A DNA stretch of 64,000 nucleotides from Bdellovibrionota bacterium (GCA_041907145.1 JAYRHW010000158.1:9399-73398); one strand, 5' to 3'; numbered from the stretch's first letter, positions 29,146 through 39,153 are shown. Notes: generated by a model not told the origin, from the letters alone. Translations and numbers: made by a program.

Positions 29146-30090
29146 TCATTGCCTTGAAAGGGCTGTCCGGATGCGATCCTGTACGGGTCCGACGGATCCG
29201 CCAAAACCAGCCCCCACGATGGTTTCGTACGAAGAAATGTAATGCTTAGCAATCTCGATTCGATGCGAATCAGTAAAAAGAGGTATTTTACCCTCCCCTT
29301 TATAGCCTTGAGACAGCAGCCACTGCCGAGTCGGCTCCTTATCGAGCATTTCTGGGCTCTCACCAGCCGCAAAACGCTGCGGATAACTTTGCTTCCTCCA
29401 ATAGCGGGAAGAATCCAGCGTATGAATCTCATCTACCAGCAAGAGCTTGTTCCGATGGAGTCCGAACTCATACTTGGTATCGACGAGAATAAGTCCCTGG
29501 GAATCGGCACGCTCTGAGCCACGGCGAAAGAGAGCCAAGGCTACGTCCTTTACTTGCTGCCATAGCTTCCTCTCCACCAGTCCCTTGGAAAGAATCTCGG
29601 CCTCCGAAATCGGAAGATCATGAGCGCCCTTCTGGGCCTTGGTTGAAGGAGTAACTATGACCTCAGGGAGTTTCTGACCTGAATGCATGCCTGCGGGCAA
29701 GGTGACCCCGCTGATAGACTTACCGGCTTGATAATCTCTGAACGCGGAACCAGCCAAATAACCCCGCACGACTACCTCCACGGGCAGGGTTTCGCAATTC
29801 TTCACCACCATGACGTTAGGATCGGGAACATCAAGCAAGTGATTCTCAATGATATCACGGGTAACTTCGAACCAGTGCACGGCCATCTGATTCAAGACCT
29901 GTCCCTTGAATGGGATGCTGGTCACTACCACATCAAAGCAGCTAAGCCGATCGCTCGTAATAAGCACACGGCGATCGCCGGCGATGTAATTGTCGCGCAC
30001 CTTGCCGGAGTACTTCTTTCCGAGAAAATCGAAGTCTGTTTCCGTTAGGACATACGGAAGCTGTTTGAGTAGTTCAGCGTCGCTTATCAT
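29146..30090 (-). CDS. purC: phosphoribosylaminoimidazole-succinocarboxamide (SAICAR) synthase
   Basis: GKVRDNYIAGDRRVLITSDRLSCFDVV, LILVDTKYEFG. Start at ATG 30090 (MISDAELL). Confidence 0.88.
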   Translation of the reverse strand: MISDAELLKQLPYVLTETDFDFLGKKYSGKVRDNYIAGDRRVLITSDRLSCFDVVVTSIPFKGQVLNQMAVHWFEVTRDIIENHLLDVPDPNVMVVKNCETLPVEVVVRGYLAGSAFRDYQAGKSISGVTLPAGMHSGQKLPEVIVTPSTKAQKGAHDLPISEAEILSKGLVERKLWQQVKDVALALFRRGSERADSQGLILVDTKYEFGLHRNKLLLVDEIHTLDSSRYWRKQSYPQRFAAGESPEMLDKEPTRQWLLSQGYKGEGKIPLFTDSHRIEIAKHYISSYETIVGAGFGGSVGPVQDRIRTALSRQ

Positions 30091-31174
30091 GAGGCACTTT
30101 GGAGCTTGCGGGTTTGTGATTGTGTTTACCACGCCCCGTCTCGGGAATATAGCCCTTGAGAAGCTGCCAATTGAGCCGCGCAACCTCTGCCGGCCCAATT
30201 CTGCTTGGATAGGGCGACGGATGCTTTGCAAGCTTTATGGCCGAAACAAGCAGCTTCTTTCCTCGCATAACCGGCTCACGGCCGGCACTATCTACCTGCT
30301 CGACGATACGCAGCACGGAGAGGTTGTTAATGACGGCGATCAACAAATCGCGATTGGCGGCATCCTTGGCACGGAGAAACCCCCGCGCCTTTTTGTATGA
30401 ATCAATTGCGCAACGCAGCTCTCCGAGATCCAGCCTGTCCTGCTGCAAGGCTCTGAAGGCTTGTATGTTCCCCATTCCCCACCAAGCTAGAGCACGATGC
30501 GAATTATTCGACCAGAAGGAGATGAGCTGACCGGTGTCCTTGAGCAACAACTCGCGAAGCCCCGCTTCTTGAGTGGTGATGGTGTGCGCAAAGCCGGGTG
30601 TCAGTCCGCCTAGAATGCCTGCCAGGAAGTCAGCGGTTTCATTACGAGGCTCATAGGACAGTCCGATGCTGGGAACCGAGGTCACCAGACGCAATTCAGA
30701 GAGGCCCATCAATACGTCGTGAGGGCGAATTTCACCCAGAGCCTGCGGAGCCTGTTCCTTGAATGCAACTCTCACCCAACGCGTGTTTCCCCATACTACT
30801 GCCCTGAGTCCAGAATTCTTCATCAGCTCCAAGGCCTGTTCATGACTATCAATACTTCGAGCAGTGCTGCGTACTTTCTGCTGTCCAAACCCTACCAGAT
30901 CGCGATTTACGCGTTCGCGTAACAGCCGACTTTGGGTTTTAAGTGCGTCTCCCTCTAACGGGGACATGATGGCCGCACGAGCAGGACCGACTGAAGGGAA
31001 GTACGAATAGAAGAAGGCCAAGCCTGCGCATCCCACTGCAAGCGCCAACCCCCATCTAGGCAGTCTGACACCATGCAATCGCACGAAGTACGCAAGCAAG
31101 CATACGAGCGGGAAAGCAGCATACTGGACTAGAGGAATCGCGGCGGGCCAGTTCATACCGCTAGCGTAGCGCAA
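30074..31174 (-). CDS. hypothetical membrane-anchored protein
   Basis: Two N-terminal hydrophobic helices, then a ~280-aa soluble part. No family recognised. Overlaps the purC start by 17 nt. Alternative start at 31156. Confidence 0.5.
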   Translation of the reverse strand: MRYASGMNWPAAIPLVQYAAFPLVCLLAYFVRLHGVRLPRWGLALAVGCAGLAFFYSYFPSVGPARAAIMSPLEGDALKTQSRLLRERVNRDLVGFGQQKVRSTARSIDSHEQALELMKNSGLRAVVWGNTRWVRVAFKEQAPQALGEIRPHDVLMGLSELRLVTSVPSIGLSYEPRNETADFLAGILGGLTPGFAHTITTQEAGLRELLLKDTGQLISFWSNNSHRALAWWGMGNIQAFRALQQDRLDLGELRCAIDSYKKARGFLRAKDAANRDLLIAVINNLSVLRIVEQVDSAGREPVMRGKKLLVSAIKLAKHPSPYPSRIGPAEVARLNWQLLKGYIPETGRGKHNHKPASSKVPHDKRR

Positions 31175-31197
31175 TCACCTTAACAGGCAAGAGTCGG

Positions 31198-31623
31198 CTA
31201 CTGGGTATCCGAGGGCTCCAAACCGACTTTGGCGCCCAAAAGGGTCAAGAAATCCATGTTTCCATTGGGATTGAGGACTTCCGAGAATTCGTTGTTGGAA
31301 ATGGTAACATAGCGTACGCCAGCCGCCCTCAGCAGTACCGGCAAATAGCGCTGATGAGATTCCTCGACCGGGTCCACCGCCTGGGCAAATCCCGAAAAGA
31401 ATTCGACAACCATCTTGGGGGTGTCGTCCGCATCAACAATCGTAAACAAACATTTATTGCTGCGCGCCCAGGTTTGAAGATCGTTTTTGAGAGCTTGCGC
31501 AGCTTCAGGGAGTTCGCCGCCGCAGACAGACAATACGCTCATATGCGGCACGACCCGGTCGCGCCCGAAAAATGAAGAAAGCATATTAAAAAGTTGAGCC
31601 TCATGGAGCTCAAAAGTAACCAT
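31198..31623 (-). CDS. hypothetical protein
   Basis: 141 aa with coding-like composition. Weak resemblance to a restriction-endonuclease-like/DUF2726 core (CLFTIVDADDTPKMVVEF ... LLRAAGVRYVTI), not verifiable here. Confidence 0.5.
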   Translation of the reverse strand: MVTFELHEAQLFNMLSSFFGRDRVVPHMSVLSVCGGELPEAAQALKNDLQTWARSNKCLFTIVDADDTPKMVVEFFSGFAQAVDPVEESHQRYLPVLLRAAGVRYVTISNNEFSEVLNPNGNMDFLTLLGAKVGLEPSDTQ

Positions 31624-31814
31624 AAACAGAACCCCTTGAATATAAGTATCGCACGCTCACGGAAGGAGCTTCAAAGGAAAATGTCCAAATCGAAAGCTGA
31701 TTCGGTAATTGGCGGATTTTGGCGACAAAATCCGGTAACGGTCTTGACAAGTGGCGTAATGTGCTCTGATTAAGCTTGTGCTATGATATCTGGATAGTTA
31801 GACGTGGTTACACG

Positions 31815-32318
31815 ATGAGCTTGCTTGAAATTCGCATTTATCCCGATCCTGTGCTCAAACAGCGCGCCGCCGAAGTGTCCAAAGTTGACGCATCGGTGAG
31901 GAAGCTTCTTGCCGACATGGTCGATACCATGTACGCGGCGAACGGCGTGGGCTTGGCTGCCCCCCAAGTCGGCATCTCGCAGCGGATCGCGGTCGTGGAT
32001 GTAAGCGAGGAGGGGAATGCGCCGATGCATTTCGTCAATCCGGAAATTTTAACCAGCGAAGGTGAGGCCAGCTCCGAGGAGGGCTGTCTTAGTATTCCAG
32101 ATTACCGCGATACCGTGACAAGGAACACGAAGATTACGGTGCGGGCGCTCGATATTGAAGGAAAGTCCTTCGAGGTCCATGCTGAGGGGCTGCTTGCTGT
32201 TTGCTTACAGCACGAGATTGACCACCTTGACGGCATCCTCTTTGTTGACCGCTTGAGCAGGCTCAAGCGTGAAATGTTCAAGAAGTGGCTGAGTAAGCGA
32301 CAGGCGCAAGAGGGCTAA
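31815..32318 (+). CDS. def: peptide deformylase
   Basis: GVGLAAPQ, EGCLS and QHEIDH motifs. Start at ATG 31815. Confidence 0.92.
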   Translation: MSLLEIRIYPDPVLKQRAAEVSKVDASVRKLLADMVDTMYAANGVGLAAPQVGISQRIAVVDVSEEGNAPMHFVNPEILTSEGEASSEEGCLSIPDYRDTVTRNTKITVRALDIEGKSFEVHAEGLLAVCLQHEIDHLDGILFVDRLSRLKREMFKKWLSKRQAQEG

Positions 32319-32321
32319 CGC

Positions 32322-33278
32322 ATGGCCGCGCTGCGCGTGCTTTTCTTTGGTACCCCCGCGTTTGCTGCCACCTGCTTAGAAAGTCTGCTTGCGGACGAGC
32401 GATATCAGGTGGCCGCGGTCGTAACCCAGCCGGATCGCGAGGCGGGTCGAGGCAAGAAGCTCACTCCATCTCCCGTTAAATCCCTCGCGCTTACACATAA
32501 CCTCGCGGTCTTGCAACCTCAGCGCCTTAGGAAGGAGCTTCCCCAGTTTCTAGAAAGTTTACGAGCGCTGGGAACTATCGATGTCGGTGTCGTTGTGGCT
32601 TTTGGTCAGATTCTACCGCAGGCTGTGCTCGACTATCCGCTTGCTGGCTGTGTCAATGTTCATGGCTCGCTTCTTCCGCGCTGGCGCGGGGCTGCCCCCA
32701 TCCAACGCGCCATAATGGCCGGAGACAGGGAAACCGGCATAGGGCTCATGAGGATGGAGGCGGGGCTGGATACGGGGGCTGTGTATAGCGAACAGCGCCT
32801 CGCAATCGAGCCTACTGATGACAGTGCTTCTCTTGCGGCAAAGCTTGCAGACCTCGGAGGAAGAATGCTTCGTGACCACCTATCGCAGATTGCCGCAGGA
32901 ACCCTGCCCGCTCGCCCGCAGTCCGAAGCTGGAGTCACCTACGCCGATAAGATCACGAATGAGGAAGCACGGATAGATTGGCGTAAAAGCGCTAGGGAAA
33001 TCGAGTTGCTGGTGCGCGGACTCAGCCCGGCTCCCGGTGCTTTTAGCTTTCTGAGAGGCCAGCGCCTTAAAATATATCGCGGAGAAACTGTCCCTGGTAC
33101 AGCGGGAGCCAGGCCCGGTGAAGTCATACAAGCCTCAAAAAGCCGCCTTGAGGTGCAATGCGCAGATGGCGCGCTTTCCCTTCTTGATGTTCAATTACAG
33201 GGAAAGAAGCGCATGCCGGTCGAAGAATTTTTGAAGAGTGGTCCGGTTACGACGCATGAACAGTTAAAGGATTCCTAA
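32322..33278 (+). CDS. fmt: methionyl-tRNA formyltransferase
   Basis: Follows def by 3 nt. VVTQPDR, NVHGSLLPRWRGAAPIQRAI. Confidence 0.92.
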   Translation: MAALRVLFFGTPAFAATCLESLLADERYQVAAVVTQPDREAGRGKKLTPSPVKSLALTHNLAVLQPQRLRKELPQFLESLRALGTIDVGVVVAFGQILPQAVLDYPLAGCVNVHGSLLPRWRGAAPIQRAIMAGDRETGIGLMRMEAGLDTGAVYSEQRLAIEPTDDSASLAAKLADLGGRMLRDHLSQIAAGTLPARPQSEAGVTYADKITNEEARIDWRKSAREIELLVRGLSPAPGAFSFLRGQRLKIYRGETVPGTAGARPGEVIQASKSRLEVQCADGALSLLDVQLQGKKRMPVEEFLKSGPVTTHEQLKDS

Positions 33279-33283
33279 GATCC

Positions 33284-33940
33284 ATGGGCGCTCAAAAACC
33301 TATCGTCGCGGCCTCGATACTTTCTGCGGATCTCGCAAACTTGAGCGCAGAGATTAAAGATGTCGAAAGTAAGGGCAGCGATTGGATTCATATCGATGTG
33401 ATGGATGGAGCTTTTGTTCCTCCCATCACCTTCGGCGATAATGCTGTTAAAGTTGCGCGTAGTGCGACCAAGTTGTTCCTCGACGTGCATTTGATGATCT
33501 TTAATCCCGAGAAGCAGTTCGAAGCTTTTAGAACCGCCGGTGCTGACCGCATTATCGTACATCAGGAAGTCTGCAAGCACCTGCACCGCAGCTTGGAGGC
33601 AATCAAAAAATTGGGCATGAAAGCTGGCGTGGCGGTAAACCCCGGCACCCCCGTCTCCACGATTTTCGATGTGCTGGATGTCTGTGACTTAGCGCTTGTC
33701 ATGACGGTGAATCCAGGCTTTGGCGGACAGAGCTTTATATCTACCTGTTTGCCGAAAATTCGCGAACTCAAGGCGGAAATCGACCGAAGAAAATGTCCGG
33801 TAGTCATCGAAGTCGATGGGGGCATCAACGCCGAAACCGCCAGAGCCTGCGTTTCCGAAGGAGCTCAGGTACTGGTAAGTGGCTCATATATTTTCAATAA
33901 CTCAAATCGCGCCCAGGCTATAGCAAGTTTACATTCATAA
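33284..33940 (+). CDS. rpe: ribulose-phosphate 3-epimerase
   Basis: SILSADLANL...HIDVMDGAFVPPITFG...VMTVNPGFGGQSF...EVDGGI. Confidence 0.92.
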   Translation: MGAQKPIVAASILSADLANLSAEIKDVESKGSDWIHIDVMDGAFVPPITFGDNAVKVARSATKLFLDVHLMIFNPEKQFEAFRTAGADRIIVHQEVCKHLHRSLEAIKKLGMKAGVAVNPGTPVSTIFDVLDVCDLALVMTVNPGFGGQSFISTCLPKIRELKAEIDRRKCPVVIEVDGGINAETARACVSEGAQVLVSGSYIFNNSNRAQAIASLHS

Positions 33941-33943
33941 CTG

Positions 33944-34543
33944 ATGACGACTCTCCTCACCCTATTTTCCCTGATACCCTTTTACTTTCTTGGCGCGTTT
34001 CCAACCGGATATCTCATCTCGCGCGCTCGCGGTATTGATATTGCAGCTGTCGGCAGCGGAAACGTCGGAGCTACGAATGTTGCGCGTTCGGTCGGCGCGG
34101 GCGCGGGTCTCTTTACCTTGATTGGCGATGTACTCAAAGGACTGCTGGCTGTCTTTTTGGCGACTCTCATCACCGACGATTTAACATTTCACTGTTTCGC
34201 TGGCCTGGTGGCCGTGGCTGGGCATTGTTTTTCGATTCCAGGCAAGCTCAAGGGCGGCAAGGGAGTGGCGACGGCGCTGGGAGTGCTTGTGGGTCTCACC
34301 CCTCTTACCGCGTTTTATGTGCTGATACTATTTATACTGGTGCTGCTGGTTTGGAGAATGGTTTCCCTGGCCTCGGTGCTTGCCACGCTGTCGGCTCCAG
34401 CAATTACGATGGTCTCAGGGGCACCCGATCAGCTGACGCTTTCATTAGCAGCGCTGGCATTGCTAATTGTCTCTCGCCACCATGAAAATCTTCACCGTAT
34501 CGCGAGCGGCAAGGAACCAAGGCTCGGCGACAATAGGCAGTAA
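33944..34543 (+). CDS. plsY: glycerol-3-phosphate acyltransferase PlsY
   Basis: FPTGYLISRARGIDIAAVGSGNVGATNV, GGKGVAT. Multi-TM, 199 aa. Confidence 0.9.
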   Translation: MTTLLTLFSLIPFYFLGAFPTGYLISRARGIDIAAVGSGNVGATNVARSVGAGAGLFTLIGDVLKGLLAVFLATLITDDLTFHCFAGLVAVAGHCFSIPGKLKGGKGVATALGVLVGLTPLTAFYVLILFILVLLVWRMVSLASVLATLSAPAITMVSGAPDQLTLSLAALALLIVSRHHENLHRIASGKEPRLGDNRQ

Positions 34544-34647
34544 CCTTAGCTCAACAGCTATGGTCTCCTCGGACTAAAAATACAGCGGAAAGGCCTGGTG
34601 AATCGGACTTAAACGAGGATCCAAAGGACGCTCAACCCTACGACCCC

Positions 34648-35199
34648 CTACTGCGGCCGGCACATGACATAGGCCCAAACACGCCAGTTGTTGGCGTATG
34701 GCTCGGTCTCGAAGGCGCGAATGAGCCAGGTTGGAGTCGGTGAAATAGTAAAGCCGCTAAAGCCAATGGCTACAGGACCGGGAGCCGGCACATAGAGGCC
34801 CTCAAGCACTCCCCCGCCCCCGCTCACTCCAACATATCCCGCTGGGCAGCTGGCCCCGGCCTGCTTGGCAGATGTTGAGTCTGCAGCGGACTCCGCTACG
34901 ACAACGGTGAGATTTGGAAATCCACCAACCGGCCCAGGAGGGCCCTGTTCCCCGGGAGGACCTTGAATGCCTTGCGGACCCTGCAGTCCAACGGTTGACA
35001 CTTCAGTGGTAGTTAGAATTGAAGTGTAGCCGCTCGGACATTTAACGCCCTCTGCTACGAGTCGCTTACGAAGCGTAATCTTTCCGTTCTTAAGCACAGA
35101 TTTCAAACACAAGGAGGCGCTGTGCGCTTCGACAGGAGAAAAAGCCGCAAGAATCGCCAGTGCACAAACCATAGGCAGGAAGACACGATAAGAGGCCAT
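34648..35199 (-). CDS. secreted protein with a short collagen-like G-X-Y run
   Basis: Signal peptide MASYRVFLPMVCALAILAAFSPVEA. Seven consecutive triplets GLQGPQGIQGPPGEQGPPGPV. ~100-aa C-terminal domain. Confidence 0.6.
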   Translation of the reverse strand: MASYRVFLPMVCALAILAAFSPVEAHSASLCLKSVLKNGKITLRKRLVAEGVKCPSGYTSILTTTEVSTVGLQGPQGIQGPPGEQGPPGPVGGFPNLTVVVAESAADSTSAKQAGASCPAGYVGVSGGGGVLEGLYVPAPGPVAIGFSGFTISPTPTWLIRAFETEPYANNWRVWAYVMCRPQ

Positions 35200-35361
35200 C
35201 TACGAACTCCGTATGATTGGATAAGCCCAGACGATAAGCGGCGGCATGATGCAACAATTTGCACCAAAAACCAATATCAAAATGAGCCCAGGGCGCTGGT
35301 ATGGTTATGCGCGAATGGTGGCACTAGAGAGCATAGCGTACGCAGGCTAGGCGGCGTGCCC

Positions 35362-35565
35362 CTAGACGTGCTCGAGGCCTTCCGGGCTGAAGTACGACTG
35401 GGTGCCGTTGTCCCACAGCACCGTAACAAGCAGGGCGTTGCTTTTCTGCTCAACAGTGCTGGCGGTAGTTTCTTGGCGCACACTCTTCACGACTCCCTGA
35501 CAGCCAGGGACAGAGATTCTACGTACGCGATCGTTTTCCTTAAAAGCCTTAGTTGCCTGAGCCAT
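35362..35565 (-). CDS. small hypothetical protein (67 aa)
   Basis: Protein-like sequence with beta-rich pattern (DRVRRISVPGCQGVVKSV ... LLVTVLWDNGTQSYF). The overlapping + ORF 35122..35598 is R-rich and looks spurious. No clear SD. Confidence 0.4.
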   Translation of the reverse strand: MAQATKAFKENDRVRRISVPGCQGVVKSVRQETTASTVEQKSNALLVTVLWDNGTQSYFSPEGLEHV

Positions 35566-35975
35566 GATTTCTTATCTGCAAAAGTAAAAGATTTGTAATC
35601 TTAAGACGTAATTTCACCATAGCGGGTTCATCCCTGAGGCCACAAGAACGCGCTTACAAAATCGAGACAGCACACTGACAACACTGCTCAAGTCGGCAAA
35701 AGTTCGTGTTTTTAGCAAGTTACGACAATGAATGTGGCGCGGCTCAGCTGCCCGATTTGTAACATTTTTATATCAAGACCCCCCTTAATCCTGTCGATCT
35801 CATTTATAAGGCAAAACCGCTCAGTCAGCGCCCCCTGGTTCGAGCAGAGTTAGAGTGTCGCTCGGGCCGAATGCTGCATCTGAATAGGTAGAAGGCTTCT
35901 CTCATAGACCGCACGTTGGCGGGCAAGGTTTGGGAGGTTTTCGTCAGGTTTTACCGTAAAGGATGGGAAAGCGGC

Positions 35976-37226
35976 ATGGCGAAGGATTTTAAACGTACCA
36001 ACAATCTCATTTGCTCTTTCTGCGGTAAGACTCAAGAAGAAGTTCGCAAACTCGTAGCCGGTCCCGGCGTATATATCTGTGACGAATGCGTCGATCTCTG
36101 CAACGACATTCTCACCGAAGAGCTCGACGAGAGTTCCCCTGCCGGGCAGCGCCTGCAAATCCCAACTCCGAAAGATATCATGACGTCTCTCGATGAGTAC
36201 GTCATCGGACAGGAATACGCCAAGAAAGTTCTGTCAGTCGCGGTACACAATCACTACAAGCGCATTCAGAATAGTCAGTCATCGAAGTCCTACGTTGAAA
36301 TTCAGAAGTCCAATATTCTCTTGATTGGACCGACCGGAAGCGGAAAGACGCTGCTGGCGCAAACGTTGGCTCGCATTCTCGATGTGCCCTTTACGATTGC
36401 CGATGCCACCAGCTTGACTGAAGCCGGTTACGTTGGCGAAGACGTAGAAAACATTATCGTCAATCTTTTGCAGGCGGCAGATTACGACGTGGAACGTGCT
36501 CAGCGCGGTATCGTCTACATCGACGAAATCGATAAAATTGCCCGTAAGAGCGACACGCCGTCAGTTACTCGAGACGTGTCAGGCGAAGGCGTGCAACAAG
36601 CTCTCTTGAAGATCCTCGAAGGCACCAAGGCCAACGTTCCCCCCAAAGGCGGACGCAAGCATCCTCAACAGGACTTCATTCAGGTCGATACCACTAATAT
36701 TCTCTTTATTGTTGGCGGCGCATTCGATGGCGTCGAGAAGATAATTAACCAAAGGACCGGCAAGAAATCGTTGGGGTTCGGAACGCAAATTATCGAAATG
36801 GACCACAAAGTTGCTCCTGGACTATCTCAGCTCGAGACTGAAGATCTGTTGAAATTCGGGCTTATTCCTGAGTTCATCGGTCGTGTGCCAGTGGTTGCCC
36901 CGCTCAACGGTCTCACGCAAGAAGCGATGATCGATATTCTCGTCCGTCCGAAGAATGCTTTGGTGAAGCAGTATAAGCACCTCATCGGCATGGAAGGCGT
37001 AGAACTCTCCTTCACCGATGAAGCGCTGCAAGCCGTGGCGACCAAGGCCCTGGCAAAGGGGACCGGCGCACGCGGACTGCGGGCAATTCTCGAAGAATGC
37101 ATGCTGGACCTTATGTACGACGTTCCAAGCAACCCATCGATCAAAGAGATCGTCATCACTCCGGATGTGGTGAACAAAAAGGAGGCCCCGGTCGTTGTTC
37201 TGCATAAGCAGGCGCTGGCTAGCTGA
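35976..37226 (+). CDS. clpX: ATP-dependent Clp protease ATP-binding subunit ClpX
   Basis: Zinc ribbon CSFCGK...CDEC, Walker [21 protein letters not shown]-loop region LGFG. Start at ATG 35976. Confidence 0.95.
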   Translation: MAKDFKRTNNLICSFCGKTQEEVRKLVAGPGVYICDECVDLCNDILTEELDESSPAGQRLQIPTPKDIMTSLDEYVIGQEYAKKVLSVAVHNHYKRIQNSQSSKSYVEIQKSNILLIGPTGSGKTLLAQTLARILDVPFTIADATSLTEAGYVGEDVENIIVNLLQAADYDVERAQRGIVYIDEIDKIARKSDTPSVTRDVSGEGVQQALLKILEGTKANVPPKGGRKHPQQDFIQVDTTNILFIVGGAFDGVEKIINQRTGKKSLGFGTQIIEMDHKVAPGLSQLETEDLLKFGLIPEFIGRVPVVAPLNGLTQEAMIDILVRPKNALVKQYKHLIGMEGVELSFTDEALQAVATKALAKGTGARGLRAILEECMLDLMYDVPSNPSIKEIVITPDVVNKKEAPVVVLHKQALAS

Positions 37227-37236
37227 AGCTACGCAC

Positions 37237-37256
37237 AGTAGCGAGGCTACTTTTTT
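37237..37256. terminator. short hairpin plus T-run after clpX
   Basis: agtagc-gag-gctact followed by ttttt, 11 nt after the clpX stop. A-run on the other side. Confidence 0.45.
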
Positions 37257-37258
37257 AA
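37238..37258 (+). repeat. 21-nt direct repeat, copy 1 (gtagcgaggctacttttttaa)
   Basis: 19/21 identical to 38359-38379. Confidence 0.5.
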
Positions 37259-37265
37259 AAAGATT

Positions 37266-37694
37266 CTATGCATATGGGCGACAGACCACTTTGGTGAGCT
37301 GCTCCCCAGTATCGCAGTCGTAGTGATAGGAGCAGTACTTGTCATAACCATGAATGTCTTGTTCGATCCAACTTTCGACACAATCCCTACTTTGTAGAAC
37401 GCTAGCGCCTAAGTCAGGAGCTGCCTCACTCGATTCGAAATCAAGCGCACCATCAGCAAGCGGCGAGAGTATGATACAGCTGCCGGGGACGACGCTCACT
37501 ACCCCTGAAGGAATATGCTTGCTGCAAGTGCAACTATAGAGCACGCCATCCACCACGAAATTGCATATGAATTTCACTGGCCGCGCGCCGATTGCTGCAT
37601 AACTACTCGATACTTCGTCACTGATAAATGGCAGAACGAGTATGCTCGCTAGCAAATAAATCGGAGTCATAAAACCAAAAAAACGAGAGACCAT
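37266..37694 (-). CDS. small secreted cysteine-rich protein (8 Cys in mature part)
   Basis: N-terminal hydrophobic signal (TPIYLLASILVLPFIS). Cys pattern C..CxC..C..C..C-x5-C..C. Confidence 0.5.
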   Translation of the reverse strand: MVSRFFGFMTPIYLLASILVLPFISDEVSSSYAAIGARPVKFICNFVVDGVLYSCTCSKHIPSGVVSVVPGSCIILSPLADGALDFESSEAAPDLGASVLQSRDCVESWIEQDIHGYDKYCSYHYDCDTGEQLTKVVCRPYA

Positions 37695-37746
37695 AAAACC
37701 TCTTCACATAAAAAACATCGAATTCTCTATTCTGGTAATTTCTTCA

Positions 37747-38211
37747 CTAGAGCAAAGCGCTGCATTTTACCATGCACCACTGATAGTTAATCTCTGCCTT
37801 GTCGTATTCGTCGTCATGCCGATCTAGGGCGGCCTTACGGCAAGCTCTAAACTGAGGTCGATTGACTGTGTCCGGCCCCGTTGTACTGCCACGGCTATAA
37901 CACTTACCCTCGTCATAGTCAGACATTCCCCCGGCATCGTCACAACACTTTGCTAAGTCCTGTCGTATTAAAATATTGTCTATATCAGCTAGTATTCTGT
38001 CCCGATTATTCGCACAGGCTGTGCAGTCGTCTACTTCCAAGCTAAAAGGATCATAGAATGGGAAACTTTCAGCTACCGCAGGCACGCTCGCGAGTACGTT
38101 CACATTCAAAATAAAGGCGCCTGCAATTGATAGAAATGACCAAAAGCTTCTATGCAGCGCGAGGCCTTCCTGGTGCATTAACTCGGATCGTTCAGGCCTG
38201 CTTTCGCACAT
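37747..38211 (-). CDS. small secreted cysteine-rich protein (8 Cys in mature part)
   Basis: Signal/anchor FWSFLSIAGAFILNVNVLASVPAVA. Cys pattern CxxC..CC..C..C..C-x3-C. Alternative start at 38178. Confidence 0.5.
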   Translation of the reverse strand: MCESRPERSELMHQEGLALHRSFWSFLSIAGAFILNVNVLASVPAVAESFPFYDPFSLEVDDCTACANNRDRILADIDNILIRQDLAKCCDDAGGMSDYDEGKCYSRGSTTGPDTVNRPQFRACRKAALDRHDDEYDKAEINYQWCMVKCSALL

Positions 38212-38358
38212 AGAGCTTTCCTATGAAATTTAAAATCTTCATAAGTAATATGCTGCCTTTTCAGGCGCTTGTAGCATAATATGCGAAAATTTGGCATAAT
38301 TACTTGGCTAACATAGCGAGCCTGCTTATCTATTTTGATACTGTTTCTTGTTCTCGTT

Positions 38359-38379
38359 GTAGCCAGGCTACTTATTTAA
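38359..38379 (+). repeat. 21-nt direct repeat, copy 2 (gtagccaggctacttatttaa)
   Basis: 19/21 identical to 37238-37258. Overlaps the tlyA stop codon (38368-38370). Confidence 0.5.
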
Positions 38380-39150
38380 GACCTGGTCAACTAATTGAGG
38401 GACACTCGCGCCCTGCCCCGACCCTATCCATACCAGAAATTCTTGGTTTCCGCCCATTCCCCGAATACTGGCGGGCACTAACCCTCGCGGTGATAAACCT
38501 TGAGCAAGGCACCAATCAAGCAGTCGAGTTAAAATCTGGCGGTGAATTTTGAGATCTTCAATCACCGCTCCTTCCGGCAGTTCGCCCGGCTGAGCTTCAT
38601 ACTGAGGCTTAACCAATGCGATAATATTCCCCTCGCTGGTCAGCCAGCGCCTGACATTCGGGATAACTTTAGTCAGCGACAGTAACGACACATCAATCGC
38701 AATCAGTGATACCGCCTCTCCGAGAGTTTCCAGATAACAGGCATTGGTACGTTCCATCACCACAACTCGTGGGTCGCTACGCAATTGCCAGGCTAAATCA
38801 CCGTAGCCAACATCAATTGCGAATACCTTGGCAGCACCATGCTTCAAGAGCACATCGGTAAATCCACCAGTTGAACAGCCCACATCAGCGCATACAGCGC
38901 CGGAGATATCGATCCTGAATGCATCGAGCGCGCCCTTAAGCTTCAGGCCTCCGCGGCTTGCAAAGGGGCCCTCGTGCGCAACCTCAACAGCCGCATCATC
39001 ACTCAGTTGCAATCCAGGCTTCGGCTGTGAAACTCCCGGCACTCTAACTTTACCGCTTAGAATAAGGCCTTCTGCTTCGCGCTGCGACGGCACCATGCCG
39101 CGCGCTACAAGCAGTTGATCAAGACGTACCTTTTTCTTTTTTGTGGCGAT
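38368..39150 (-). CDS. tlyA: TlyA-family rRNA 2'-O-methyltransferase (S4 + FtsJ domains)
   Basis: SRGGLKLKGALDAF, DVGCSTGGFTDVLL. The S4 domain (KKKKVRLDQLLVARG) extends upstream of the first ATG (39096) to the stop of the preceding gene. 5' end set at ATC 39148-39150, the only table-11 start that keeps it. Confidence 0.75.
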   Translation of the reverse strand: MATKKKKVRLDQLLVARGMVPSQREAEGLILSGKVRVPGVSQPKPGLQLSDDAAVEVAHEGPFASRGGLKLKGALDAFRIDISGAVCADVGCSTGGFTDVLLKHGAAKVFAIDVGYGDLAWQLRSDPRVVVMERTNACYLETLGEAVSLIAIDVSLLSLTKVIPNVRRWLTSEGNIIALVKPQYEAQPGELPEGAVIEDLKIHRQILTRLLDWCLAQGLSPRGLVPASIRGMGGNQEFLVWIGSGQGASVPQLVDQVLNK

Positions 39151-39153
39151 GGG

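Noticed and set aside
35700-35800. Possible sigma32-type heat-shock promoter (tttgtaa ... cccccttaat) in the 410-bp gap upstream of clpX
   Set aside because: The spacer (about 16 nt) and both boxes deviate from CTTGAAA-N13-15-CCCCATNT. It cannot be supported by eye.
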